Shown here: piece by piece, positions 39,074 through 52,850 of the stretch
How positions within the stretch are numbered: the stretch's first letter is position 1
How the letters are laid out: every line of letters starts with the position of its first letter
Assembly: GCF_963921235.1 (NCBI RefSeq)
Contig: NC_086108.1
Span: 47,680,001-47,744,000 of the forward strand
DNA length: 64,000 nt
Reading direction: 5' to 3'
From: Mobula hypostoma
Lineage: Eukaryota
Program-made: the position numbers and the translations under genes
The notes under the pieces: model-generated
Databases searched by the model: none
What the model was told of the DNA's origin: nothing
The model's input: the letters and a program-made list of their open reading frames with translations, nothing else

Positions 39074-40469
39074 TGTTGTCCAACATAGGAATGGGAGTCA
39101 GCCAATCAGGATGGTGAAATGTGAGAGGAGGTTCCAGAGACCTGTGAGGAAGAGCTTTCTGAAGGACAGTAATCTGGATTGGGGGCTTTTTGGCTGGAGC
39201 TGTGAAGCGGAGCACAAGGGAAGATGCTGCAAAATGTCGTTAGAAGGAGAGTCTCCATTGTAAGAAGTTCTTTGTGCAGATGAATGGCTCCAAGGAGGAA
39301 GGTCCAATATTCCTGAGAGAGAGCCAGTTTGTTTGAGATTCTTTGAGGGGATTTCAGAGGGTGGTGGGTGCTTTCACGCAGACCATGGGTCCAGTGCATA
39401 AGTAACAGATATACCCCCAGATACTCCAGTATGAGCTCCAAAGTTATGTGCACATTGGACTGGTTTAACTTAATTGGCCCTTTCATTTTTCTTTTCTTTT
39501 TTTCCTGTAACTGTTTGTTAAAGTTGAATATTTGGCAAATATACTTTATCATTTTATGTTAGTGTACTATCTGTCATTTCTGGGCTACCAATGACTGTGT
39601 ATGGGCAGTATTTACACAGTGTTCATTCAAATCGAGGTTCGTTTAATCAGAACATTATGACATTCTTGATTGGTTGAACCCCATCTCATTCTGACCCTAG
39701 TCGTATATTGTGTGTATTGGAAAACTTTTTCTTTAGTGAAATTTTGTTGATTGAATGGGTTGTGTATAATCATGCTGGGTGTGTTGGTATACTGTGTTCC
39801 TATGCATAGGAGGCAATCCACTATTTATAGTAAGCTTATCTTCAATAAACAAAGACATATCCAAAAGTTCCTTGGCATTATGGGAAAAATTGTAACGTGA
39901 ACATTCATTAATATGCAAATCAAGCAGTGATTTGATAATGCTGTGATACGTAACATTTGAGTGGCAAGAAGTTAAGAAGATATAAGTTCAGTTCTTATAT
40001 TCTGGTGAATCTTTCTCTTTCATTCTGTTTTCTCCTTATTCTCGACATCTTTCATGGCTTTACTTTCAGAACCTCCCTGCTTGCCTCCAGGTGTTCCTCA
40101 TTATGGCGTGTATCAGTTGTGATTGTCCTATCTTGGAGTATGCCTGTTCATTCTGTCCAAAATATTATTCCAGAGCTGCTTATTTTCTTACTGGAAAATA
40201 GGATATATTCCCAGTTTGAGAAACAGTATTACGAATAATGCCTAGAAAATTAAATAATGTAGAGACTTATTTTTGGGTTCTCTGCAATTCAATTACAGTC
40301 ATTAAAAGGATGGCAAATTTTCTGTGAACCATACAAAGTCAGCAGCATTTTTGAGTATTCTAGTATTTGACGAACTATCATACCAAGCCTGATCATGCTT
40401 CGTGGCAACCACTCCGCTCTGTAGACAGCTACCCTCTTGTCAATTGTCTCTTTTGACTATGATTTTATA

Positions 40470-41625
40470 ATCCTAAACAAAGGAGAAATGGTGGATGTTG
40501 TGTACGTGGATTTTCAGAAGGTCTTTGACAAGGTGCTACACATTATGCTGCTTAACAAGTTAAGAGCCCATGGTATTACAGGAAAAGTGCTAGCGTGGAT
40601 AGAGCATTGGCTGATTGGCAGGAAGCAAAGAGTGGGAATAAAGGGAGCCTTTTTGGTTGGCTGCCAGTGACTGGTGGTGTCCCACAGGGGTCTGTGTTGG
40701 GACCGCTTCCTTTTACATTATATGTCAGTGATTTGGATGACAGAATTGATGGCTTTGAGGTCCTTTTTGTGAAGATAGGTGAAGGGGCAGGTATTGTTGA
40801 GGAAGCATGGAGTCTGTGGAAGGACTTGGACAGATTGGGAGAATGGGCAAGGAAGTGGCAGATGAAACACAGTGTTCGGAAGTGTATAGTCATACACTTC
40901 GGTAGAAGAAATAAAAGCATAGAATATTTTCTAAATGGAGAGAAAATTCAATAATATGTGAAAAGGGACTTGGAAGTTCTTATGCAGGATTCCCTAAAGT
41001 TTAATTTGCAAGATGAGTCTATGTGAGGAAGGCAAACGCAATGTTAGCATTCATCTTGAGAGAATAGGGTAGAAAAGCAAGGATGTAAAGTTGAGGCTTT
41101 ATAAGGCACCAGTAAGACCTTACTTGTGATAAATTTTGGGCCCCTTTTCTGCTGACATTGGAGAAGGTTCAGAGGAGGTGCACAAGAACAATTCCAGGAA
41201 TGGAAGAGTTGCCATAAGAGGACCAATTGATGACTCTGGACCTATACTCACTAGAATTCAGAAGAATGGGGGGGGAGGGAGATTTCATTGGAACCTATTG
41301 AATGTTGAAATGCTTCAGTAGAGTGGATGTGGAGAGGATGTTTCCTATGACGGAGGAGGACCAGAGGGCACATTCTCAGAATAGAGGTACATCCATTTAG
41401 AATGGAGATGAGGAGGAATTTCTTTAGCCGGAGAGTGGCAAATCTGTGGAGGCCAATTCGATGAGTATGTTTAAAGCAGAGGTTGATAGATCCTTGATTA
41501 GTCAGTGCATGAAAGGATGTAGGGAGAAGGTAGGAGATTAGGGGTGAGAGCGAAATAGATCAGTCATGATGAAATTGTGGAACCAGGTGGTTCTGCTACT
41601 AATTCTGCTCCTATATCTTATGACC
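40470..41625 (+). mobile_element. CR1 LINE RT and 3' end, degenerate
   Basis: VDVVYVDFQKVFDKV (ORF 40437..40670) and GVPQGSVLGPL (ORF 40595..40954). Confidence 0.88.
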
Positions 41626-42659
41626 TGGTCTTTCCTTGTCAACAACTGCCCTCTGATTGCTAATCAGTCTGTCAACTATTTCACTCCCCAACCTCAACCT
41701 TCCACCTACCTCACAGTTGGCCTTCACCTACTGACCTCATGTATGATAACCCAAACACCTCAACCTATTTTTGACCAACTTATCCCCTGTGGCCAATGAC
41801 AGCTCTTCTGTTCTTTGACAATGACCTGCTTAAACATTCCATCCTTTCCCTTCATCCTGAGTTTGCTGTAACTCTGAAATTCATTAGCTGTGAGGGTTGT
41901 GGAGACAGAAGCCCACATTCCATCTAAGAAATATTCATTTGTATTTAAAGTGCCAAAGTTATGTCCAAGCAATGGAAAACATAAATAGGTTAGATTGTTT
42001 GTTTTCAGCCAACATGGATAATAGTGGGCCAACTGGCTTCCTTCTGTTTCATAAATTTCGTTGACTTTAATGCATGAAACTGTTACATTATTTAATGTAT
42101 TACCAAGTTATGCATTAAAGGTAAAGGAAAAAGTTCAGAAAAGTTTTATTTTTAATTGTTAATAATCTCCAACAAAATGTAAAAACTGATTCAATGAAAT
42201 TCCTTGCATGTAACTTACTAAATTTTTGGTGATAATTAAGGTTTATTACATGGTTAATAGTGCAACTACTGTATATCTCAATGAACATGTTCGACTGTTT
42301 TTTACTACCTTAGAGTGTAGAAACTGCAACCGTGTATGTCAGCTGTAACACCACACGTATTTTCCATGGTTACTGTTGGATGAGCAGGAGCAAATTGAAA
42401 GTGACCTCCTGATTTTATAACTAACTGTAGATGCAGAGATGGTGTTCTATGTACTCCATGAACACTCATAGCCATACCATTATTCCTGTCACAAAAGCCA
42501 TAATTGTAGTTCAGTAGCAAAACACAAGCATTTCAAGTGTAGCTTGTGCTGTTTGTTGATTTCAAATTACAACATTTTGCCTCCTATTATTTTTGGTGTC
42601 TGAACCAGTACTTGTTGAAAATTTAATGAACTGTTAATGCATTGAATAATATATGCATG

Positions 42660-43153
42660 TTTAAGTAGTCAGATACCTCCTGTAACCTCATAACTTGGCC
42701 TCTTGGGTGTATATTCGAGGTCTTCTGCTGCTGAAGCCCATCCACTTCAAGGTTGAATGGGTGGTGCATTCAGAAATGCTCTCCTGCACACCACTGTTCT
42801 AACGTATAGTTACTTGAGTTACTGTTGTCTCTTGTCACTTTGAACCAATCTGGCCATTCTGTCTGCCCCTTCTCATTAACAAGGCATTTCCACCCACAGA
42901 ACTGCCGTTCTCTGAGACTGTGCATGAAAAACAGTTTCTGAGACCCTCAAGCCACCCAGTCTGGCACCAACAATCACTCCACAGTCAAAGTCACTTAGAT
43001 CACATTTCTTCCCCATTCTGATATTTGGTTTGAACAATGACTGAACCTCTTGACCATGTCTGCATGGTTTTATGCATTGAGTTGCTGCCATGTAATTGGC
43101 TGATTAGATATTTTCATTAATATACAGATGTACCAAATAAAGTGGCCACTGAG
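42660..43153 (-). mobile_element. Non-autonomous Tc1-like element
   Basis: Terminal aataaagtggccactgag; MGKKCDLSDF remnant in ORF 42876..43091; opposite-strand relative of 52330-52850. Confidence 0.78.
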
Positions 43154-44224
43154 AATTATTGTAATTTTAGTTTGGGAAAACTTAAATTACATGACATGGG
43201 AAAGCACATTATAAGTGTCAATTGCTTTGACATTTATTGCTTAGTGGTTTGATTTGGAACTTTTGTCTTTAAATAACAGAAATAATCTGTCAAGGAAAGC
43301 ATAAAGGGTAGCACAATAATTAAAGAATAGCAACAGGCCAGTGTCCTCTTGCTCCTCTGAGGATGACCTATTCTTTTTGTCACCCTTCATAATCTGCTTG
43401 CCTTTTAAAAGCATCTGTTATATTCAACTTAACCACTCCTTGAAATAACAAGTTCCAGATTTGAAGTTGGAGTAAAGCAGATTTTTCCAAATTCTCTTTT
43501 GAAATTATCAGTGATTTTCTAATTTATTTCTCCCAGTTGTGAAAGCATCGCCTAATAAATATGTAGACACAGATTACTGCTTTCACAGATATAAAGCTCA
43601 GTATTGCAGTCAGGGGAAGATGCACTCTGCTGGAACTTAACTCACTAAGAAGAAAGAGACATGGCAGTATACCACAGATCCCTTTAACAATAATAAGTTA
43701 GGCACAGAGAAAATCTATTTTCTGACAACTACCTTTATTGGCTCAGTTCACAAGCATGTGAAATTATACAACCTTTATGCACACCAACTAAATTTCCCTG
43801 GCCCTCCATGAGTATTCAAAGGAGGGAAAAGGTGATACCCAGGGGAAAAATGTCTATGCTGGCCTGGTGTTCCTCGTGGTTATGACCTAAGCTCAACGTG
43901 TTCAAATCTGCAACAATAGGTCTCTGGAGAGTTGTCGCTGCCTGAGCTCCCAAAATCCTCTATTTATTTTTTCCTTAGCAGGGTGTTTCAATTTATTTGA
44001 CTTGAGGTCATCTGACTGACCCGTGTCAGATTCTCATTGAATGCACCTCTGTTCTATTCAACTTTGACTGGTTCAAACCAGATCACCAGACACTGGACCC
44101 AGATAATGAGATTATTTCTGCAAACCTGCCGTTTTACACAATAAACAGCTTCTTATCTGAGAATAGTCTCAGGTTTAGCAGAAACTCCAGCATCTCCTTT
44201 CCTGGGCAACTGCAACAGGTGACA

Positions 44225-45054
44225 CAAACAACAGGAATTCTGCAGATGCTGGAAATTCAAGCAACACACATCAAAGTTGCTGGTGAACGCAGCAGGCCAG
44301 GCAGCATCTCTAGGAAGTGGTACAGTCGACGTTTCAGGCCGAGACCCTTCGTCAGGACTGACTGAAGGAAGAGTTAGTAAGAAATTTGAAAGTGGGAGGG
44401 GGAGGGGGAGATCCAAAATGATAGGAGAAGACAGGAGGGGGAGGGATGGAGCCAAGAGCTGGACAGGTGATAGGCAAAGGGGATATGAGAGGATCATGGG
44501 ACAGGAGGTCCGGGGAGAAAGACGGGTGGGGGGGGGAACCTAGAGGATGGGCAAGGGGTATAGTCAGAGGGACAGAGGGAGAAAAAGGAGAGTGAGAGAA
44601 AGAATGTGTATAAAAATAAATAACGGATGGGGAAACTGAACATTGACTTCTCTAACTTCTGCTAATGCCCCACCTCCCCCTCGTACCCAATCCATTATTT
44701 ATTTTTATACACACATTCTTTCTCCACTCTCCTTTTTCTCCCTCTGTCCCTCTGACTATACCCCTTGCCCATCCTCTGAGTTCTCCCCCCCCTTGTCTTT
44801 CTCCCTGGGCATCCTGTCCCATGATCCTCTCATATCCCCTTTGCCAATCACCTGTCCAGCTCTTGGCTCTATCCCTCCCCCTCCTGTCTTCTCCTATCAT
44901 TTCGGATCTCCCCCTCCCCCTTCCACTTTCAAATCTCTTACTAGCTCTTCCTTCAGTTAGTCCTGACAAAGCGTCTCGGCCTGAAATGTCGACTGTACCT
45001 CTTCCTAGAGATGCTGCCTGGCCTGCTGCGTTCACCAACAACTTTGATGTGTGT
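44225..45054. mobile_element. Non-coding fold-back Penelope-like insertion (two ~400-nt inverted arms)
   Basis: 44225-~44632 and ~44640-45054 are reverse complements over most of their length; 14-bp TSD tgcaacaggtgaca at 44211-44224 and 45055-45068. Confidence 0.92.
44324..44359 (-). ncRNA. Minimal type I hammerhead ribozyme motif, intact
   Basis: Same 36-mer as 25953-25988. Confidence 0.8.
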
Positions 45055-47920
45055 TGCAACAGGTGACAGTGTGGTGAGGGTCTAGTCCTCGGCACAACCA
45101 AGTAACGCAGTTCCCCCGCCAACAGTCACACCAGTGAAACAGTAATGAGAACTTGCAGTATTCTACACTACCAGTGTCTTGCGATCACAATAAAAATATC
45201 CAAGACAATCACTCGGCACAACAATGGAATACAACAAATCCAGGCAACGATACAACAACGGTACACAATACCGTTTCATCATGGTCAACACAGCTCCATC
45301 ACTGCCAAGGAACTCACTGATGGGATAGCCCTGCAATACTTGATGTTCTTGGTATACAGCAGTGATGCTGTTTTGTGAAGTGCAAGATAAGGGGTTAGGG
45401 AATGGATCTTACTTGGTTAACATTCAAATGTAACTTTCTATATTTCAAGTTAGAACAAGAAATATTTGTTTATGAAATATAAAGCTGCTTAAGTTAAACA
45501 GAAAGCAGTGTTCTGAGTGAAAACTCAATATTTTCATGGAGCATCTATCTCTTAGATGCCTGAGAAATGCAAAAAATTATCTTCAATTTCCTGCTTCAAA
45601 GATTGCATTTTGCCCATCATTCTTTAGTTTGCATTTTTTTTTCTGAGTAAAGTTCGAATTTCAAAGTAAATTTATTATTAAAGTATACGTCACCATATAC
45701 TACCCCGAAATTCATTTTCTTGCGTGAATTCAATACAATCAATGAACAATAGAATCAATGAAAAACTACACTCAAAAAAGGACAAACAGTGAAAAAGAAT
45801 TATTAATAAGTAATAAATAACATTGACACATAAGTTATAGAATTCTTGAAAGTGAGTCCATAGCTTGAGGTGTATTTGCACTAAAATTACAGCTGGAAAC
45901 ACAGCCTCGTCCTCCTAATTTTTTTCAGCCCATTCTTGGCCAAGCCTTTGCTTTTCCTTCAAATATTTTTTATTGGCTTTTTGCATGCTTCCAGCCCACA
46001 CCTAATCCAACCATCTGCCTTGCCCATGTTTCCATGAATACCTTTTCAATGCAGAATTGTGGCTAAAATTAAGAAAGCAATTTTCTGGTCAGCAGCTGGC
46101 TTGGAGACTTGCTGGTGAATCCAACTGGAACTTGAGAAAGGTTCTTCATCTTCGAAGTCTGCATTGTTCAGTGATAATGTAAAAAGCACAGTTCTTGAAA
46201 ATGAATGTTTTTAGTACTCTTATTTCTAATGCTAATTTTGAGCAAATGGAATATTTAATTCCACTTTGGACCACCATCCTAAACTATTTGAATCTGTCCA
46301 CCATTTTATTCCTTTTAACAATTAGACGTAGAAAAAATACAATTTCAGTTGGAAGAATAAACTATTATTTAGAATTCTGTTGTATTTTCGGAATGCCTTT
46401 TTTCCCCCTTTTAGTGCTTCATCACCAGATGTACTTGTGCTGAATCTTATGCAAACTTAAGGCAGTTTTCTTATTGTGTGGGTGTAAGCAGTTATTCTAT
46501 TCGCTTTGTGGTAGGCATGTTTTCAAACCTGGAACAGTGATTCACTGTTGCACCATAATATTGTGGCTACTGGCAACTTCTCCCAAGTTTGATCAGGAGC
46601 TGTGTACCCGTGTGAAATAATATAGTAAGTGTCTGCTTTTCTGCCCATCCTATGCAATAACATCGCTGATTTACTGTAACAAGAAAATTATCCACCTTAA
46701 AGGGATTCAGTCATCCCAGTCAAATGGCCATTTTATGTAACATTGGCTATTCTTCATCATTGAACCTGGGTGAGAGCTAGGGGACCAAGAAACAGAATAC
46801 AAGAAACATCTTAATCTTTGTACACAGACAATTATATCACTTATTATAAAGTAGGAATAAGAAAATGTAACCAATTTTATTTTCTCTGTGTTGCAGGAAT
46901 CAGCAAACAGTATAGATCAGAGATGAAGTTGGAACTGTGTTTTGTTGTTTGTTTGGTCAGTTCTATGCTGGGCAATGGTTTTCAATAGTTCCATTTAATA
47001 TCAGAGAAATGTATACAATATACATCCTGAAATTCTAGTTCTTCACAGATATCCACAAAAACAGATGAGTGCCATAAAGAATGAGTGACAGTAAAAACAT
47101 TACAACCCCAAAGCCCCCTCCCACAAGCATCCCTCTTCCTCACTTACTTCTGCAAAACACATCAGCACCCTTCTCCCTCCAAGCAAGCAATAACAAGTCT
47201 CCAAGAAAGACCATGATCTGCAGTACAACAAAAACTAATCGTTCTACTTGTAAAAATTTGACAAGAAGAATTTAAAATAGACATGTGAGTTGGGTTTGGA
47301 ATTTAAAAAACTTCCTCTTACACGAGCAAAGAACAAAGAAAATCCTTACCATTGGTCTCCAATGATCTTTTTGAAAAATGAAGGTTCAGGAGACTTGAAG
47401 TAGAGATAGAGTATTTAATTGAGTGTTGGAATCCGGAAATAGGGGCACAAGTTCAGAAAAAGAGGTCATTCATTTAAAACAAATGGAAAGAGGAGCTTCT
47501 TTTTCAATAGTTCATGAAATTTTGTCGTTCTCTACTCCACAGTGGATAAATCATTGAATATATTCATGGGTGAAATGGACAGATTTTCATTCCATGATGG
47601 AACAGGCAGAACAGTGGAACTGAGGTTAAGATCAGGTCATCTACGGTGTACATCTCAAATATGTTAAACATTATGACAACATTTGTATTCTAACTTACCA
47701 CATGAAATAAATAATTTTAATGTGATTAGTTGCATTAAAATATTGTTTAGGAAACAAGGTCATGTCTTCAATATGTACAAGTGCTATCATTTTTTTACAG
47801 AGGGATAACTAGTTTAACTTAAATTAGTAGAGTGTTTGTCTAAGAAGTTATATGCATTAACCACATTATTCATTGTTTGATTAAAGTTGAATATGATATT
47901 TTTGTAATTTTATCTCATAG

Positions 47921-48090
47921 TGATCAATGTGAACAATCAAATTGGAACTGGTAATCAGCACTTATCTGCAGAAGAGTCAGCTCTGGATGTTACAGGCATC
48001 ATCTCTGAGCTGGAGAAGTCGCTAGGCTGTGCCCTGTCAGTCATCCTAGAAACAGAGATGAAAAAAGCATATGATGATCTATGGATGGAG
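47921..48090 (+). CDS. SWT1: SWT1 internal coding exon
   Basis: tatctcatag|TGATC...ATGGAG|gtaaaa; 170 nt, phase 1 to 0; encodes IISELEKSLGCALSVILETEMKKAYDDLWME (cf. SWT1 DLEKSLG..LSSILETEMK.AFG.LWME); within ORF 47920..48285. Confidence 0.93.
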
Positions 48091-49424
48091 GTAAAAGATA
48101 GATTATTGTATGACTTGTCCATTTTATTTACCAGGAGCATTTTCAAAAATTACAAATTAACGAACAAGTGGTATCCTCATTATATTCCCTTGGAAAGTCA
48201 GCTCATTTATGTTACAGTGCCGTTTTTTCCACAATTCGTCAAAAGTATCAGTCATTTTTTTTCTGTTGGTTCATTATGTGATTAGCATGGAAACCTGTAA
48301 AATCTGTTGAATTCAGTTAAATGTAATTGCAGCATATTTTTTTCTACCCATAGTGTTTGGAAGATAATCCATGGCCAGTTTTCAGAAAAGTGCTCAGAAC
48401 TGAATTTCCACAGGATACTAGCAGATTTACAGTTGAAAGCCAGTGAAAATTATTTGCACTTTTTAAATTTCCCTCAAGCCCAGATTGATCTACCAAATTG
48501 TAATAAAGGCTTGCATGTGGCAATAAGTTCCATTCCTAAATGTCAACACTGAGTTCTGTTAGCAGTGAAAGAACATGAAGGATAAATTCATCTGGTTTTG
48601 CTGTTTGTTCGTTGAAGGGGCCAAGTGTCTTTCTGTCAGTTCATTTTGTGTGTGGGTTGTACCTTCAAAATTATTGTCTTTAATTATTTGGTTGTGGTAA
48701 TGTGCCTAAAATTTCTTGACCTGTTCTTAGAGCCTTTCTTAAACAATAGAACAACCATTTGCAATTTCTGCACCAGCCTCCCACAATGGACTTGAGGACC
48801 TGAGTTATAGGTAAAAGTTGAATAGCCTAAGAATTTATTCCCTAGAGTGTAGGTAAATGAGCGGAGATCTTATAGAGATATACAAAACTATGAAATATAT
48901 AGGTAAAGTAAATGCATGCAGGCTTTTTCTCTTGAGGTTGAGTGAGACTAAAATGAGAGGTCATAGCTTTAGTGTGAAAGGTGAAATATTTAAGGGAAAC
49001 TACTTTTGAGGATAGTGCAAGTTTAGAGTGAACTTCCAGCTGAAGTGGTTGAAGTAGGCTCAATTGCAACACTTAAGAGAAGTTTAGGTAGGTGCATGGA
49101 TGTGAGGGGTATGGAGGGAGAGGTTCAGGTACATGGGGCTAGGCAGAAAAACAGGTCTGCACAGGCTAGGTGGGTGAAGGGCCTATTCTGTGCTGTAGTG
49201 GATGACTAATACATTGTATGAGGCCAGGGTACAATTTTTTGTATTACTCTGCTACTGAGTAACCAGTTAGACAGTGTTCGCTTATAGGACATCAACTTAA
49301 CCAGTCCAGATAATTTCTGCGGTTTTCTTTTTCAGGAAAGCTCTTGATTTGATTTTAGAGCCAATAGTTTTTTCCTGGCAATTGAAAAACAGATATCTTT
49401 GTATCATGCACCTTCAGCTAGAAG

Positions 49425-50530
49425 AATCAGAATCGGGTTTATTCCCACTGAAATTTGATTTTTGTTTTGTAGCAGTTACACAGTGCAAGACGTGCTGTAA
49501 GTTACTATAAAACATAAATCAAAGAGGAATAGCGAGGTAGTGTTCATGGGTTCCTGGACCATTCAGAAATTTGTTGGCAGATGGGAGGAAGCTGTTCCTA
49601 AATTGAATTGAATTGACTTTATTTCTTACATCCTTCACATTTAGGTCTCTGTCTGGATGTACAATATGCAATTTATAGTAACTTGTAATAAATAGTATGT
49701 ACAACAGGACAGTCAATATAGCATAGAAATACAATTGTATCAGCATGAATTAAACAGTCTGATAGCCTGGTGGAAGAAGCTGTTGCAGAGCCTGTTGGTC
49801 CTGGCTTTAATGCTGCACTACCGTTTCTGGGATGGTAGCAGCTGGAACAGTTTATGGTTGGGGTGACTCGGGTCTCCAGTGATCCTTTGTGCACCTGTCT
49901 CTGTAAATGTCCTGTATGGTGGAAAGTTCACATCTACAGATCCGCTGGGCTATCCGCACCACTCTCTGCAGAGTCCTGCGATGAGGGAATCTAAAGACCT
50001 GAATGGAAATCTGGCTCCTTCCTGATGACAGTAATACAAAGAAGTCATGTCCCGGATGGTGAGGGTCCTTAAGATGGATACAACCTTGAGGCACCACCTT
50101 TTGAAGATGTCCTTAATGGTGGGGTGGAGTGCCATGATAGAGTTGCTTAAGTATAAAACCCTCTGCAGCCTCTTCTGATCTTGTACATTGGAGCTTCCAT
50201 AACAGGTGTTGATGCAACCAGTCAGAATGCTCTTCACCATACATTTGTAGAAATTCACTAGATTATTTGATGCCTCAACCTCCTAATGTAATCAAGCTTC
50301 TGAAACGCCTTCACGATTGCATCAGTATATAGGCCCAGGATAGATCCTCTTAGGTTTTAACTCTCAGGAACATGTGCTGCTCATCTTTTCCACTGCTGAC
50401 CCCACAATGAGGACTGGTGTGTGTTCTCTTGGCTTCCCTTTCTTAATGTCTACAATCAGTTCTTTGGTCTTGCAGATGTTGAGTACAAGATTGTTGTTGC
50501 AATACGACTCAACTAGCCAGCCTATCTCAC
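49425..50530 (-). mobile_element. Old Rex1-type LINE with a younger Rex1 3' end nested in it (~49600-49990)
   Basis: ORFs 49950..50258 and 50364..50582 (KTKELIVD) belong to the older copy; the nested piece has a (ttgaa)n tail and matches 7577-7960. Confidence 0.75.
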
Positions 50531-50848
50531 TTTTTGTCTCCATCTGAGATGTACATCTGATATAGTAAAAAAAAGTCTGCATTCCAAGAATCTGTTTTGA
50601 TCAGAGTTATGAATAGCATTAGTATTAGCAGCATATCAATATATTTATTTATAGTATTTTCACAGTGAAATGGGTGGCATGATAGCATAGCAGTTAGCAC
50701 TGCTGATTCACATCTGCAGGGATTTGTGTTCATTCACAATCTTTGCTCTGTGTGGAGCTTACATGTTCTACCCATGTTTACATTGGTTTATGTTAGTTCC
50801 TGCCACTTCCCACAGATGTGCTGGTAGGTTAATTGACTACAATAAATT

Positions 50849-51173
50849 TTTATATATTTATAGGCATCCGTTAGTCTCATGAGACCATGGATTTGTGCCT
50901 TGGAAGGTTGTTCAGGGCGCAGGCCTGGGCAAGGTTGTATGGAAGACCGGCAGTTGCCCATGCTGCAAGTCTCCCCTCTCCACGCCACTGATGTTGTCCA
51001 AGGGAAGGGCATTAGGACCCATACAGCTTGGCAGCAGTGTCGTCGCAGAGCAATGTGTGGTTAAGTGCCTTGCTCAAGGACACAACACACTGCCTCAGCC
51101 AAGGCTTGAACTAGCGACCTTCAGATCACTAGATGAACGCCTTAGCCACTTGGCCACATGCCAACACAACACA
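50849..51173 (-). mobile_element. tRNA-head SINE inserted into a V-SINE-like element (~50670-51300)
   Basis: Minus strand gtggctaaggcgttc...gtgtccttgagcaaggcacttaacc; 10-bp direct repeat acaataaatt at 50839-50848 and 51174-51183. Confidence 0.7.
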
Positions 51174-52020
51174 ACAATAAATTATCCCTTAGTATATGCA
51201 AGGGACAAAAGAATTAAGGGGGATTTACAGGCATATGAGAAAGAATAAGTGCAGGGATAAAAGGAGTGTTCAGGATGGGGGCATTGAGAGCCTCTGATCC
51301 ACACTTTGGGTGTACATGGAGGCCTTGTGTTTCGGCAGTAAGAAGCAGATAAGGTCTATATATTTTTTTTTAAAATCCATCCTTTTGGCCACCATGTGCC
51401 CCATCTATGAAGAAGTCTGTGGTTCCCATGTTGGTCTCTTCAGCCACTTGGGAACCCACAAAAATTGGATTAGAAGTGAATCATAAGGGGAGGTAAAGAA
51501 GATGAACTGTATATTCTCTTGCTGAATTGTACCTCTCCAAATTCATTTGACTGCACACTAAATTCCACTTCAACACATTTGATGTAGGATCTTGACCTAA
51601 ATTGTCAATTGTTCATTTCCCTCCACAGATGCTGCCTAGCCTGCTAACTTGCTCCAGCATTTTTGTGTATTGATCCAGATTCCCAGCATCTGCTGCAGTC
51701 TTATGATTAAATTCCATTTACCATTTTTCTGCAGAATTCACCAGACAAGTGTTATAATCTGCAAGGTTCTTTAAAATAATTAATATATTTCTGAAGTTAT
51801 TACAACTTTCACCAATAGAACTCCCACTAGTAACAGTTTTCCAGTCGTCATACCATGAAGGAGCTTGTCAGAAGCCTTGCTCATCATATACTTTACCTTA
51901 TTGACTTTTTTTGTTATTTCTCGACACGACAAAAAATTAGCTTGGTACATTTCAAATATTGTAGCTCGACAGTTATTAATGATGCAATCGCTGTAATTGT
52001 TTTTCTGATTTTGATATTAG

Positions 52021-52159
52021 ATATTGTTTGTGAAGCCTCCGTGGTCATTAGGAAACCTATTACAATGTTTGAAGAAACACTGGATGGCTGTGTTTGGACT
52101 ACTAGTGAAAAGGAATTTGCAATCATCTGTAGAGATCTTAAGTGATTATTTCCAAGCAG
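52021..52159 (+). CDS. SWT1: SWT1 internal coding exon
   Basis: gatattag|ATATTG...AAGCAG|gtatga; 139 nt, phase 0 to 1; [46 protein letters not shown] (cf. SWT1 ILYLKPPWTL..LLQCFKKHWLAVFG). This frame is absent from the ORF track. Confidence 0.93.
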
Positions 52160-52329
52160 GTATGAAAAAAGATTTAAAATTCTGATTTGCTCAGTTCCCA
52201 AGTGGTGGAGTTGTAGTTATTGATTTATCTTGCAAACTAATAGCAAAATGTAATACCACATTAAAGCTACTCATCCTTCTCTCCAACAACTTGCTGCACA
52301 TTACTGAATTTCCTTTAAACATTGCAGAC

Positions 52330-52850
52330 ACACGCAGTGCCACTTTATTTGGTACATCTGTACTCCTGTGGTTAATACAAATATCTAATCACTAATTACA
52401 TGGCAGAACTTCAATGCATAAGAGCATGCAGACATGGTCAACAGGTTCAGTTGTTGTTTAGACCAAATGTCAGAATGGGCAAGAAATGTGATCTAAGTGA
52501 CTTTAACTGTGGAATGCTTGTTGGTGCTAGATGGGGTGGTTTGAGTATCTCAGAAACGGCTGATTTCCTGGAATTTTCACACACAACAGCCCTAGGGTTT
52601 AGAGAATGGTGTAAAAAAACCAATATTCAATGAGTGGCAGTTCTGTGGATGAAAAACAACTTGTTAATGAGAAAGGTCAGGGGAGAATGGCCAGGCTGGT
52701 TCAAGCTGACAGGAAGGCGACAGTAACTTTTGTATAACAGCAGTGTACAGAAGAGCGTCTCTGAACAGATAACCCATTGAACTACAGCAGCAGAAGACTA
52801 CAAACATACAGAAATACACTCAGTGACCACTTTATTAGGTGCCTCCTGTA
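52330..52850 (+). mobile_element. Non-autonomous Tc1-like element
   Basis: cagtgccactttatttggtac terminus; ORF 52400..52633 MGKKCDLSDFNCGMLVGAR..GLSISETADFL. Confidence 0.78.

Noticed and set aside
39075..39625. Possible solo LTR (also ~7125-7560)
   Set aside because: LTR-like composition, but I could not fix TG...CA ends, a TSD or a second copy.
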